Positions 29,272 through 39,612 of a stretch of 64,000 nucleotides of DNA are shown one piece after another. The stretch's first letter is position 1. Each line of letters begins with the position of its first letter. The notes beneath the pieces were generated by a model. It was not told the origin of the DNA. It saw only the letters and a list, made by a program, of their open reading frames with translations, and did not search any database. The position numbers were made by a program, and so were the translations under genes. The stretch is from sequence record SRR31156797_986; one strand, written 5' to 3'.

Positions 29272-31749
29272 TTATTCGCAGGGGGGAAATGTAATGGTCT
29301 TGGAACTGAAAATTTTCACCATATAGGCTTTTCCCGGTTCGAGTACCGGAAGTGTATTTATATCCTTATCAGGCCAGTAAACACCTGATCCCGCGGCGTC
29401 TTTAACCACCCTGATAAAACTTGTAACACCGGAAAATAATTCTTCTGTGTTTACCGCACATTCTGACAGGACCGGAATCAGGTTCCATCCATTTTCGAGG
29501 GTGATCGTCCTGTTTGTATTGGTTAATCCCGGGAAGTTTAAAGAACAGGGTTCAATAACTTTTATAAAATAGCCACTTTGCACACTCCAGCTTTGAAGTG
29601 TATGGATATTCATGCCCGGGCAAAATTGTCCATCCAGGTTTTGGATCATCACCATATCATCCATCACCGGACTGCAGATTACCTCTAGGTTCGGGTTGAG
29701 CGGTACAAGCAACGAAGAAATGCTATTCCATCCTGCTTCGAACTGGAATGTATTAGATGTCAAACCGCTCGTTGCTGAAACTGTGTTGCTCGGGCCGGAT
29801 TCACCGGCATTGTAAACTGAAGTTACATAATATTCGTAGGTTCCGGGCTGTACATTTTCGTCGGTATAAATTTGGCCGGGTATTACCGTTTCGTTGATTT
29901 TTGATCCGTTACGATACACATTGTATCCCATCAAATCACGGTTGTCAGGATTGTTGATTTGTGACCCTGGCTTCACCGGGTAGGGAACAAGCAGTCCGGT
30001 TGTGTTTTTCGTGAGAATATTTTTCTGTAATATTCCTGTTGCAAATGTTTTTCCGTCCGGGCTGGTGTTGACGAACGCCTGGATGTTCCAGTTAAAATTC
30101 ATTCCAAAATCCGACAATTTTGCCCAGGTCACCCCGTCAAATGAGATCAAATCTCCAAACCCTTCCACGGCAGGGCCATTATCTCGCCCCAGAGCACTTT
30201 CACCATTGGGTTGGTCAATTACCGCTACACCAACCCACAACTCATCTGAGGCATCAATCTGAATGATTTCATCAAGCTCAATGAGGTTCCAGCTGTTTTC
30301 AACCATGTTTGTTACAGGTTGGCTAAAAGTAAGATCACCAGCATCTTCACCTGTCCAAATTTTAATTTCATATCCGGCAAGGTCAGTTCCCAGGAATACA
30401 GATACTTTGGTGATGTAAAGCCCGTCAAATGAGGTCAGGTCATCTGATGTCCAGCGGGCCGCAGCATCAAATGAGCCGCCACCAAGCAGTGAAAGAACGC
30501 CTCCTGTGGAACCATCGTCCCGGTGTATCCATTGTGGTTCCAGCGGCTCATCCCAGCTAAGCTGAACATCCCCGCCATTTACCTGGGCCTCAAGGTTTCT
30601 TGGCGGTTCAACGATAGCCTCACCCGGGATTATTTTCATGATTGCACCCTGGTAAAAATTAAAATTTTGTCCGGCAGGATTAAGGTTGGATAGATAAAAA
30701 TAACCATTGGCATAACCACCCCATCCCCAGTTCATGTGAAAATAGTCATCAGCAGCATAGCCATCGCAAACCCAGGCATGGCCACCTGAGCCCTGGCCCC
30801 GATAAATCATAGGCCTGCCAAGATCGAGTTCTTCCCTGAGCATTGCCTCCCAAACCTCATCGGAATAGGAATTTTTATTGTAATACTGTCCTTGTGGATC
30901 GTAATTGAAATAGTTTTCGAGTGCATTAATTGCATCACCAGTGTAGGCGCCTGAGCCGTTCGGGCCAAATTGCATATCAACGCTCACGGCACAATGGTAA
31001 ATCAATGTGGCTACAGCAGGATTGCTACTGTATACACTGTTGGTCATATTATCCCATTCGTACGTAGTATTGCCAAAATCAGCCGATTGCCAACCATAGG
31101 GTGAAGCATAGTAGGAATGTGATCCTGTTCCTGTTGAAGGGTAGTCCCAGTATTTCATAACCTGTGCCATTGCCAGGGCAACGCATCCGGCGGGTACCCG
31201 TCCGCAATAGCCGTTTGGAGCACCTTCGTCCTCCGGGCACAATTCGTTGTAATAGCAGCTTTGGTTCCAGGTTGTGGAAAGCAATGGATTCACTGACCTT
31301 GCTCCGTCCTGCTGCTGTGCAGGATCAATGAGTTCGTCCCATGAGGCACTTATTTCAGGAGTTGGTTTTACATCATCTGCTATGGCTTCCTCAATTTGTT
31401 TTTCAAATGTGCCAAGCATCATCCTAAATGCTTCTGGTTGATTTTCTTTACCGACAGGAAAAATGCCATTATCAGAATAGCCTGCAACAGGGATCACACC
31501 ATCCCATCCCGTTACCAAAACAAAGCCTTCGTCATTTATATTGAATATATAAATCAGACTCTGATCGCTCCGTATCCTGGTTTCTGCCAGTTTTACCACA
31601 AGATCCAATGGGTCATGTTCCTGTGATTGTATGCTGTAGAAATTTTTTGCTACCTCCCTGGCATCATCCGGCGTTATATGATCAGCATATGTTTGAAATG
31701 AACTGAACAGGAAAATCAACAATATGGAAAAGTGAGTAATGTATTTCAT
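29272..31749 (-). CDS. C10 (streptopain/SpeB-like) cysteine protease with I69-type prodomain, FN3-like region and C-terminal GWN double module; no T9SS CTD
   Basis: Signal peptide; prodomain YIFN..GFVLV; WNQ, AGCVALAMAQ (Cys), GHAWVCDGY (His), HMNWGWGG (Asn); own TATTTTTG element at 31800-31793. Confidence 0.9.
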   Translation of the reverse strand: MKYITHFSILLIFLFSSFQTYADHITPDDAREVAKNFYSIQSQEHDPLDLVVKLAETRIRSDQSLIYIFNINDEGFVLVTGWDGVIPVAGYSDNGIFPVGKENQPEAFRMMLGTFEKQIEEAIADDVKPTPEISASWDELIDPAQQQDGARSVNPLLSTTWNQSCYYNELCPEDEGAPNGYCGRVPAGCVALAMAQVMKYWDYPSTGTGSHSYYASPYGWQSADFGNTTYEWDNMTNSVYSSNPAVATLIYHCAVSVDMQFGPNGSGAYTGDAINALENYFNYDPQGQYYNKNSYSDEVWEAMLREELDLGRPMIYRGQGSGGHAWVCDGYAADDYFHMNWGWGGYANGYFYLSNLNPAGQNFNFYQGAIMKIIPGEAIVEPPRNLEAQVNGGDVQLSWDEPLEPQWIHRDDGSTGGVLSLLGGGSFDAAARWTSDDLTSFDGLYITKVSVFLGTDLAGYEIKIWTGEDAGDLTFSQPVTNMVENSWNLIELDEIIQIDASDELWVGVAVIDQPNGESALGRDNGPAVEGFGDLISFDGVTWAKLSDFGMNFNWNIQAFVNTSPDGKTFATGILQKNILTKNTTGLLVPYPVKPGSQINNPDNRDLMGYNVYRNGSKINETVIPGQIYTDENVQPGTYEYYVTSVYNAGESGPSNTVSATSGLTSNTFQFEAGWNSISSLLVPLNPNLEVICSPVMDDMVMIQNLDGQFCPGMNIHTLQSWSVQSGYFIKVIEPCSLNFPGLTNTNRTITLENGWNLIPVLSECAVNTEELFSGVTSFIRVVKDAAGSGVYWPDKDINTLPVLEPGKAYMVKIFSSKTITFPPCE

Positions 31750-31841
31750 GATTACATGGTTTTTGATTGAATCCTGGTTTACTTGTCAGGAACAAAAATA
31801 ATCAAATCATTTAAGAGATTGAAACAAAGGTGGAAAAGATG

Positions 31842-33098
31842 CTACTCGCAGGTATCGAAGTGAATGGTGAAATTTCCTGTGGATTTTAACAGGTAGGCTC
31901 TTCCCGGTTCAAATGTTTGCAGGGTGAAGATGTTGAATTCAGGCCAGAAGATTTTATTTCCGGCTATTTCCTGGACAATTAAAACGCTGTTAAGGTGGCC
32001 CTGGCATAACTCAGGGATAGCAAATGTGCAATTAGACGGAACCGGCACAATATTCCATCCGGTTGTGATATCGATGGATTCTTCCTCAATAACATATCCT
32101 TCAATTTCCAGTGAAATACTGTTTTTGAGTTTTATTTGATATCCATTATTTTCCCAGGTTCCGATCGTATTTAGGTTTCCTGCCGGCATAAAACACCCTT
32201 CACCATCGAAGATCATTTCAACATCATCGAGGTGTGGCGCAAACAATTCATTCAGGTTGGCAAACCATGGTTGTACAAAACTTGATATACCCGACCAGCC
32301 TTCCGGAATTGTTATTGAGATGACTGTGCCGGCGGACAAATCCTGTGTAACGCTAATGGCATTGGGAATGAATGTGTCCAGTTGCATTAAAGGATCGTAT
32401 GTTGCCAGGGCTGTAAACTCTTGCTGGTACTCCCAGGAATATAATTTCCAGGCAAAAGTCTCACCAATCATGAAACCATCTTTTTCTGCAGTGAGATAGT
32501 TGTCCCCCTGTGCAACTACTGCCGTGTTGCCTGCGCCTTCCCATTGTATTGCACCGCCACATTTCTGAATGCCATTATTGTCCTCATAAAAAACACCAAT
32601 AAAATCTCCGGGCTGGATTGGCGTTTCAAAAATCCGGGGATTCGATTCATACATTATGATGATGGTATGCTGTGTAAACGAAGGATTATATTCCCAGCCA
32701 GGGGGAATCAGTGATGGTTCTTCAATTACGTGGATGTAGTCATTTTTTACCAGGGTATCGGACCCGGTAGATCCGGAAACAATGAGTTGTACATCGTAAA
32801 CACCCGGGAAATTATAAATAACAACTGGATTTTCTTCATACACTATAGAGGGCGATCCACCTTCAATGTTCCACTGGAAAAAGTTAGGGTTTCCTGTTGA
32901 AAGGTTCGTAAACGCCAGTGGATGGCCGACCGTTACAACGGTATCTTCAGCCATAAAATCTGCAATGATTAATTGCCTGCCGGCCTGGGAGGGGTTCGGT
33001 TTTTCAGCCGGTAAAGATTGTCCGAAAACATGGATTCCACCCACAAGTGAAATCATGAATGCTATGAAAAAGAGCCTTAAATTCATTTTTTTATTCAT
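31842..33098 (-). CDS. Secreted PKD-domain protein with two uncharacterised modules shared with neighbouring secreted proteins
   Basis: Signal peptide; PKD (ADF..FTNLSTGNP..W..EGGSP..NP...Y..PGVYDVQL); ends in DTCE; TATATTTG at 33220-33213. Confidence 0.8.
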   Translation of the reverse strand: MNKKMNLRLFFIAFMISLVGGIHVFGQSLPAEKPNPSQAGRQLIIADFMAEDTVVTVGHPLAFTNLSTGNPNFFQWNIEGGSPSIVYEENPVVIYNFPGVYDVQLIVSGSTGSDTLVKNDYIHVIEEPSLIPPGWEYNPSFTQHTIIIMYESNPRIFETPIQPGDFIGVFYEDNNGIQKCGGAIQWEGAGNTAVVAQGDNYLTAEKDGFMIGETFAWKLYSWEYQQEFTALATYDPLMQLDTFIPNAISVTQDLSAGTVISITIPEGWSGISSFVQPWFANLNELFAPHLDDVEMIFDGEGCFMPAGNLNTIGTWENNGYQIKLKNSISLEIEGYVIEEESIDITTGWNIVPVPSNCTFAIPELCQGHLNSVLIVQEIAGNKIFWPEFNIFTLQTFEPGRAYLLKSTGNFTIHFDTCE

Positions 33099-33305
33099 TC
33101 AAAAATGCAAATGTCTTAAAATACGTTGCCTGGTATCGAGCGATAAATTTTGCCTGGTAATCATTTTCTGAATAATCGACCAAACCACAATCCCAGCCCA
33201 ATACCATGGGCGCAAATATATCACTTTCTGTCTGAATTTAAGAAGGATAGGCCGGGAATTTTTGAGGTGGCCCCGAAAGGCTAAAATTTATCTTATGCCC
33301 AATTT

Positions 33306-34112
33306 TTAAGCAGGGTCATTTGATGGCATTTGAGAAGCATTTACAAATGCATCCAGGTCAGGTGGCAGATAGTTATCAATGATCGAATCGATAAGTTTGA
33401 TGTATTCATCTCCCTTTTCTGAGTACCGGGCAAGGCCATGTGCCAGTTCTTTGGCGTCGGGCCAGGCATTTTGATCGCGAAGTTCTGTTCTGGTTTTTCT
33501 CAGGCCTTCGTATGCAAAACCAGTATTTAACAGCCACATGTATTCTTCAATACAGGCTTCGATGGTTGGAAATGCTTTAACCCAAAAACTGGGGTTTTCA
33601 ACACCTGAGGCTGCCCGGCCGCATCCGGGAGTGTGGCAATGTATCCCAAAATAATTGTTGATTTCCCGGGCGAATTTTGATTTTCCCCAACCTGATTCGA
33701 TAATGGCCTGTGCCATAACCAACTTTTCAGGGATGTAATCCACATGATAGAGCAGTGTGTCCATTTTTCTGGAATAAGAAGCTCTGCTGGTAGTATCTGT
33801 AAAAAAATTTTCACCAAAACGGTATTCTTTCGCCAGATCATTTAACCGGTCCCGCTTTCTGTTTTTTACGATCACATGCCGGTAATCATCTTTCAGGTTT
33901 ATGAGCATAGATCGCTGAAGTTTGATTTTTTCGTTGGCTTCAACAGCGTTGGGATAAAAAGTTGTAATAAAATTTTTATGGCGTTCAGTTAATTGCTTTA
34001 CCGTTTGTATGGATTCAGGATCTGGGGGTGATTGCTTATCGGACTGGCATGAACTTATTACCAGCACCAGTAATATTATTGATATTATTTCCGGAAGAAT
34101 ATTTCGACCCAT
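33306..34112 (-). CDS. GH73 glucosaminidase (Bax-like), lipoprotein
   Basis: Lipobox VISS-C; IPEKLVMAQAIIESGWGKSKFA..NNYFGIHC; YMWLLNT...Y; RYS motif. Confidence 0.85.
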   Translation of the reverse strand: MGRNILPEIISIILLVLVISSCQSDKQSPPDPESIQTVKQLTERHKNFITTFYPNAVEANEKIKLQRSMLINLKDDYRHVIVKNRKRDRLNDLAKEYRFGENFFTDTTSRASYSRKMDTLLYHVDYIPEKLVMAQAIIESGWGKSKFAREINNYFGIHCHTPGCGRAASGVENPSFWVKAFPTIEACIEEYMWLLNTGFAYEGLRKTRTELRDQNAWPDAKELAHGLARYSEKGDEYIKLIDSIIDNYLPPDLDAFVNASQMPSNDPA

Positions 34113-34114
34113 AA

Positions 34115-34825
34115 TTAGTAGTTGTGAAAGTTTGTTTTCATGATCAGAATCAGGCTATTGATGTATTTTTCCTTTTTAATGGAATAATTCTTTAGCCCCT
34201 GTACCACATAAAACGGATCCGGCAAGTCAGTGTTCAACCGGTTAATAATTCTCAGGTCCCGGAAATCCTGGTAATACTTGCTGGAATTCAACAACAACAT
34301 GTAATTACGAATGCAATCAGTTGGGGAGGAAAATTTTTTCACCCAAAAATTTTTCTTTTTGGACCTATGTGCCTCAACTCCACACCCCGGAGTGTAGCAC
34401 TGTATTCCATAATAATTGTTGCACTCTTTTACAAACCTTGATTTTCCCCAGTTGGATTCGATGGCCGCCTGTGCAAGTGCCAGTTTCTGCGGGATGATAT
34501 CAACCCTTTTTAAAAGTTCTTTGAAGTGCTGATCTGTGATAGTAATTCTGGCTGAATCGTCCTGAAGCGATACCTTGTACAACCTGGCATAATTGATTAT
34601 GAGTTTCTTTTCATGGGAAGATAGTTGGCTGGTAGCTTTAAAATTTTGATAAATGGTGTAAATACCTGACCGCTGTTGCGCAATTTCATGATTTACCTGT
34701 TTGATTGCCGGAAGTATTGAATCGGTAAATTGCTGTTGTTCATCTGACAGTTTCTGTTGTGCAGATATCAGGGACGGGATCAGCAGAATGACAGTTAACA
34801 GGTAAATGAGGTGATTCTTATCCAA
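34115..34825 (-). CDS. GH73 glucosaminidase (Bax-like), SPI signal peptide
   Basis: RVDIIP.KLALAQAAIESNWGKSRF..NNYYGIQC; YMLLLNS; NYS; TTG start; TAGTTTTG at 34920-34913. Confidence 0.85.
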   Translation of the reverse strand: MDKNHLIYLLTVILLIPSLISAQQKLSDEQQQFTDSILPAIKQVNHEIAQQRSGIYTIYQNFKATSQLSSHEKKLIINYARLYKVSLQDDSARITITDQHFKELLKRVDIIPQKLALAQAAIESNWGKSRFVKECNNYYGIQCYTPGCGVEAHRSKKKNFWVKKFSSPTDCIRNYMLLLNSSKYYQDFRDLRIINRLNTDLPDPFYVVQGLKNYSIKKEKYINSLILIMKTNFHNY

Positions 34826-34980
34826 TTGAGTTAGAATTGGTTAATAATTGTTTTTATGGTGATGTAGATTTTTCGACTGCCACAAAAAGTTTGGAACAGG
34901 TTTTGAAAGGGGCAAAACTACGAATTAACATCATGCAACTTTTGATTTGAATCGTTGTTATTATTAACAATACATAAGTT

Positions 34981-35856
34981 ATGACTTCTAGCATAAGAAA
35001 TTCTGAACTTGATGCACTTGTGAGTTTACTTGACGAGCCTGATGATAATATCTTCGGCCAGGTTCGTGATAAAATCTATTCATACGGTCTGGACGCCATA
35101 CCGGTTCTCGAAAATGCCTGGGATGGGTCTGCAGATAATCACCTTCAGGGTCGCATCGAAACGATTATTCACCAGATTCAGTTCGATCATGTACTTCAGG
35201 AATTTAGCCTGTGGAAAACAAACTTGAGTCATGATTTGCTGAAAGGCTTTATCCTTGTGGCAAATTATCAGTATCCCGAACTCGACGAAAAATCTATCAT
35301 TACACAGGTTGGAAAAATCATCCAGGATGTATGGCTGGAATTAAATAACAACCTCACGCCTCTCGAGAAAATTAAAGTGCTCAATCACATATTTTTTGAT
35401 GTTAATGGATTCAAGGATAACAGGAAGGATCTGTATTCACCCAACAATTCGTTCATCAATAATGTGCTTGAATCCAGGAAGGGCAATTCGGTTTCGTTAA
35501 GCATTTTATACATGGTTGTGGCACAGAGCCTTAAGGTCCCTGTTTACGGCATCAATCTGCCCCAGGAGTTTGTTATGGCCTACATGGGTACAATGATACT
35601 CGATCAAAAAAGTATTACGGCGAAAGATGTTCAGTTTTACCTGAATGCCAAAAATAAGGGTGCAGTTTTTACTAGAAGGGAAATCGAGCGATTTTTGATG
35701 CAACTCAACCTGGAAGCTGAGGATAAATATTTTTTGCCTTGCGATAATATTACCATCATCCGGCGGGTACTGAATAACCTGTTGTTTTCCTATCAGCAAT
35801 CAGGCAATACGGAGAAGGCATTGGAGATTAAAAAAATTCAGGATGTTCTTGGCTAA
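34981..35856 (+). CDS. SirB1-like transglutaminase-fold protein
   Basis: LVSLLDEPD, NSFINNVLESRKGNSVSL, YGINLP, RRVLNNL. Confidence 0.82.
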   Translation: MTSSIRNSELDALVSLLDEPDDNIFGQVRDKIYSYGLDAIPVLENAWDGSADNHLQGRIETIIHQIQFDHVLQEFSLWKTNLSHDLLKGFILVANYQYPELDEKSIITQVGKIIQDVWLELNNNLTPLEKIKVLNHIFFDVNGFKDNRKDLYSPNNSFINNVLESRKGNSVSLSILYMVVAQSLKVPVYGINLPQEFVMAYMGTMILDQKSITAKDVQFYLNAKNKGAVFTRREIERFLMQLNLEAEDKYFLPCDNITIIRRVLNNLLFSYQQSGNTEKALEIKKIQDVLG

Positions 35857-36305
35857 GCCAGATTAGCATAATCCGGAATGTCATCAAGGAAAGAAAATGT
35901 ATTTTCACCAAAGTCAATTCGTGCACAGTAATGATTTAATCCGTTCGTAACAACCAGGAATTCAACCTGGAGGGTCATATTGTATCTCCCGATCTGTTCA
36001 AAAACTGCCTGTGATACTTTTACCGAAGGGGCTTTACACTCCACAATCATTCGTGCCCTGGCTCCGGAGCCATAAACGACAATATCAGTTCGTTTGGTGA
36101 GCTTATTCAACGACAATGATTTTTCCACAGCGATCAGGGAGGGCGGCACATGCTTATATTCAACCAGGTACCGGATAAAATTTTGCCTTACCCACTCTTC
36201 CGGTGTAAGGGCAACAAACTTTTTTCTGACTGAATCAAATATCTCCATTAGATTGTCTGATTCCCTGATCCTGAATTTAAATTCCGGTAAGTGGAGTTGT
36301 TGCAT
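35853..36305 (-). CDS. Stand-alone HsdR N-terminal-domain protein (HSDR_N_2)
   Basis: IFDSVRKKFVALTPEEWVRQ, RTDIVV, IVECKAP, QIGRYN, VTNG. Confidence 0.88.
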   Translation of the reverse strand: MQQLHLPEFKFRIRESDNLMEIFDSVRKKFVALTPEEWVRQNFIRYLVEYKHVPPSLIAVEKSLSLNKLTKRTDIVVYGSGARARMIVECKAPSVKVSQAVFEQIGRYNMTLQVEFLVVTNGLNHYCARIDFGENTFSFLDDIPDYANLA

Positions 36306-36323
36306 TGTTGATTATTGTTGAGG

Positions 36324-36361
36324 CAAACTTACACATTATCGCGTGGTTTGGCTTATTTTTG
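36324..36361. promoter_or_regulatory. Back-to-back divergent -7 elements (TAAGTTTG minus 36331-36324; TATTTTTG plus 36354-36361)
   Basis: Two TAnnTTTG matches in the 74-bp gap between the HsdR_N gene and amn. Confidence 0.55.
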
Positions 36362-36379
36362 CAATCAAATCCTAAAGCA

Positions 36380-37150
36380 ATGAAAACCAAAAAAGAAATA
36401 GTCCAAAACTGGCTGCCACGCTACACAGGCTTGCAACTCGAGGAGTTTGGAAAGTACATTTTGCTCGTAAATTTTCAAAAATACCTGGATATGTTTGCCG
36501 AAATGCACAATGTTGAAATTGTTGGTATGGACCGTGCAATGCCCTGTGCTACTGCTGGTGATATTACCATGATTAAATTCGGAATGGGCAGTGCTAATGC
36601 CGCTACGATTATGGATTTACTGAGTTCTATCCACCCCAAAGCGGCACTTTTCCTGGGCAAATGTGGTGGGTTGAAAAAGAAAAACCAGTTGGGCGATCTC
36701 ATTCTTCCCATTGCTGCCATCCGTGGTGATGGGGTTTCAAACGATTATTTCCCCATAGAGGTGCCTGCACTTCCGGCGTTTAGTTTACAGAAAGCCATCT
36801 CAACCACCATCCGTGAGCACAACAGCGATTACTGGACAGGCACTGTTTTTACCACAAACCGAAGGGTTTGGGAACACGACGAAAAATTTAAAAAGCATCT
36901 CCGCAAAACACGTTCGATGGGGGTTGATCTCGAAACAGCCACCATTTTTATTGTGGGGTTTGCCAATGAAATTCCAACGGGTGCACTGCTTCTGGTGTCA
37001 GATCAGCCCATGATCTCGGCGGGTGTTAAAACCGAAAGCAGCGACAAGGTGGTTACCGATAATTACATGGACAAACACCTGAGATTTGGCATCGAATCGT
37101 TGAACCAACTCATCGAAAACCGGCAAACAGTAAAGCACCTACGTTTTTAA
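36380..37150 (+). CDS. amn: AMP nucleosidase
   Basis: MKTKKEIVQNWLPRYTG, FGMGSANAAT, LFLGKCGGL, TTNRRVWE, DLETAT, LLLVSDQP. Confidence 0.92.
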   Translation: MKTKKEIVQNWLPRYTGLQLEEFGKYILLVNFQKYLDMFAEMHNVEIVGMDRAMPCATAGDITMIKFGMGSANAATIMDLLSSIHPKAALFLGKCGGLKKKNQLGDLILPIAAIRGDGVSNDYFPIEVPALPAFSLQKAISTTIREHNSDYWTGTVFTTNRRVWEHDEKFKKHLRKTRSMGVDLETATIFIVGFANEIPTGALLLVSDQPMISAGVKTESSDKVVTDNYMDKHLRFGIESLNQLIENRQTVKHLRF

Positions 37151-37167
37151 CCTTTTAAAATCAGGCC

Positions 37168-38178
37168 ATGGATTTCCAAAATATCGTTAGCAAGATAAAC
37201 AACAGGATATTTTCACCGGTGTATTTTTTGGTTGGTGAAGAACCTTACTTTATTGATAAAATAAGCAAGCTCATCGAAACCACAGTGCTTGATGAGTCAG
37301 AGCGCGATTTTGGATTAAATGTGGTTTATGGCCGCGATGTAGCCATCGACCAGGTGCTGGCACTGGCAAAAGAATATCCAGGGTTTGGTGAGTACAAGGT
37401 TGTGATAGTGAGGGAGGCACAACACATGCGTGAACTGGAGAAAAACGAGTACCTGAAAGCGTACCTTAAAAAGCCGGTGGAATCAACCATCCTGGTTTTT
37501 GACTACAAATACAAGAAACTGGATAAACGTACCGAATTTGCTAAACTGGTAGCCAAAAACGGTGTGTTGTTTCAGTCGGAGCCCAAACGTGATTATCAAA
37601 TTCCCGATTATATCGAAAAAAGTTTACAGGCAAAGGGGTTTCGGGTTACGACCATTACAAAAACCCTGCTTGCTGAAAACCTGGGAACAAACCTGAGCAA
37701 GATTGAAAATGAGATCAATAAACTGTTGCTGAATGTGGAGCCCGGGGCGGAAATCACGCCGGAAATTGTTGAGGAAAATATTGGGATCAGCAAGGATTAT
37801 AATATTTTTGAACTGCAGCGGGCGCTGGGTAAACGGGATGTAGTAAGGGTGAATAAGATCATCAACTATTTTGGTTCAAACCCCAAAGAATATCCGGCTA
37901 TCATGCAAATCGTACTCATCTACAATTATTTCAGAAAGATTTTCCATTTTCATTTTTTAAAAGATAAAAATGACCAAAACCGTGTAGCTGCCGAGATTGG
38001 GGTAGCTCCATTTTTTGTGAAGGAATACAGGGCCGCTGCAGGCGTTTATAGCCCCAAAAAACTCCGCAGAATTTTTTCCCTTCTTCGCCAATACGACCAA
38101 AAAGCAAAAGGCGTTGAAAGTACCCCGATAGAACATGGAGAACTGATGAAAGAGCTGGCATTTAAAATTATGCACTAA
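37168..38178 (+). CDS. holA: DNA polymerase III delta subunit
   Basis: PVYFLVGEEPYFID, VVIVREAQ, IGISKDYNIFELQ. Confidence 0.93.
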   Translation: MDFQNIVSKINNRIFSPVYFLVGEEPYFIDKISKLIETTVLDESERDFGLNVVYGRDVAIDQVLALAKEYPGFGEYKVVIVREAQHMRELEKNEYLKAYLKKPVESTILVFDYKYKKLDKRTEFAKLVAKNGVLFQSEPKRDYQIPDYIEKSLQAKGFRVTTITKTLLAENLGTNLSKIENEINKLLLNVEPGAEITPEIVEENIGISKDYNIFELQRALGKRDVVRVNKIINYFGSNPKEYPAIMQIVLIYNYFRKIFHFHFLKDKNDQNRVAAEIGVAPFFVKEYRAAAGVYSPKKLRRIFSLLRQYDQKAKGVESTPIEHGELMKELAFKIMH

Positions 38179-38335
38179 GACGATCGAAGTGAAAAAGTGA
38201 GTAGGGAGGCGAGCTGAAAGTTTTGAGCCGAAGCCTGTTTAAAGCAAGAAAGTTACTTGCCCGTTGCCAAAAAAATTACGGATATTCAAAGCCGCCTTTA
38301 TCAAAATAAATCACCGGAAAATTCGAGGTGGCAAT

Positions 38336-38698
38336 CTATTCAGGACTGTTATCCAGAATTTCACGCTGCTTTTTGCTCAGGCCTTTCACCACCATGTCCC
38401 AGGAATGGTCGATCCATTCGATGATTAATGATCTGCTAACCGAACCATCAATAGAAATTGTATTCCAGTGCTTTTTGCTGGTGTGATATCCAGGCTTAAC
38501 CGATGGATATTTTTCACGCAACCAAATAGCCTTGTCCGGATCGCATTTTAGGGTTATTGACAGGTCGGTTTCATCAAGCGGTATGATAGCAAACATTTTC
38601 CCGGCCACTTTAAAAACCAATGTAACATCGTCAAATGGAGTACTTTCGGTAACGGCCCTTTTCGACAAACAGTAGTTTCTTATTTCTTCAACGTTCAC
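38336..38698 (-). CDS. MmcQ/YjbR family DNA-binding protein
   Basis: PFDDVTLVFKVAGKMFA, LKCDP, PGYHTSKKHWN; GTG start. Confidence 0.9.
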   Translation of the reverse strand: MNVEEIRNYCLSKRAVTESTPFDDVTLVFKVAGKMFAIIPLDETDLSITLKCDPDKAIWLREKYPSVKPGYHTSKKHWNTISIDGSVSRSLIIEWIDHSWDMVVKGLSKKQREILDNSPE

Positions 38699-38847
38699 AG
38701 CAAATCTGTTTTATGATTGATATTGTAAAAATATAAATACGAATGTATTAAAATATGATTTACTTTTGCAAATATTTTAAGAAGTTTAAGTAATGTCGTT
38801 GTGGCATAAAAATTGTAATTTTAGAACTATATTTAAAGTTTAATACG

Positions 38848-39582
38848 ATGAAAAAACTCCTACTTTTATTACTCGTTTTCACAGGCCTTTCGATGGCTTC
38901 AACTGCTCAGGTCCTGGAGCTGTTTCACGACGAAGAACCTTTTCCAATGGGTGGTACTTTTGAAGTTCAGGGATACCCCAATGATTTTGAAATTGTTTCA
39001 CACATCACCGTAAAAAATGTTTCCAGCCAGGAAGTAGTGGTGAAGTGCAGAAAAATTGAAATTGAGTTGGTTCCCGAAACAACCAATGTATTTTGTTGGG
39101 GACTGTGTTATGCACCTTCTGTTTTCCTCTCACCACTCACTATTACAATCGCTCCTGGTGACACTACCCAGGAATTTAGTGGACACTACATGCCCGGAGG
39201 AAACGAGGGAGTCACAAAAATGTGCTATAGTTTCTTTGATGTTGACAACCCCAATGATTCCACCTATTTCTATGTAAATTATAATGGAACATACAGTGTA
39301 GGAATTGGTGACCGGATTGCTGAACCTACATTCGTTTCACTTCCATATCCAAACCCGGCGAGTTCAATGGTAAGTTTTGATTACCAACTTCCTGCCGGAA
39401 CAACCACGGCAAGGATCAATGTACATAATCTTCTTGGTGCAAAAGTTAAGGAAATTAATATTTTAGGTATGGAAGGAAAAGTTACTGTAAATATTGATGA
39501 TCTGAATGATGGTATCTATTTCTATTCAGTGAATGTAGATAATGAAGTTGTTGAAACCAAACGGCTCGTGATATCCAGATAG
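38848..39582 (+). CDS. Small T9SS cargo protein (Ig-like domain plus type A CTD)
   Basis: Signal peptide; FCWGLCY; CTD YPNPASS...GIYFYSV...KRLVISR; TACTTTTG at 38761-38768. Confidence 0.85.
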   Translation: MKKLLLLLLVFTGLSMASTAQVLELFHDEEPFPMGGTFEVQGYPNDFEIVSHITVKNVSSQEVVVKCRKIEIELVPETTNVFCWGLCYAPSVFLSPLTITIAPGDTTQEFSGHYMPGGNEGVTKMCYSFFDVDNPNDSTYFYVNYNGTYSVGIGDRIAEPTFVSLPYPNPASSMVSFDYQLPAGTTTARINVHNLLGAKVKEINILGMEGKVTVNIDDLNDGIYFYSVNVDNEVVETKRLVISR

Positions 39583-39612
39583 ATATAGATATAAAAATAT
39601 AAGAAATTTTCC

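Noticed and set aside
35853-36305. Type I restriction-modification system
   Set aside because: Only a 150-aa HsdR_N-like protein in a housekeeping context (amn/holA); no hsdM, hsdS or helicase.
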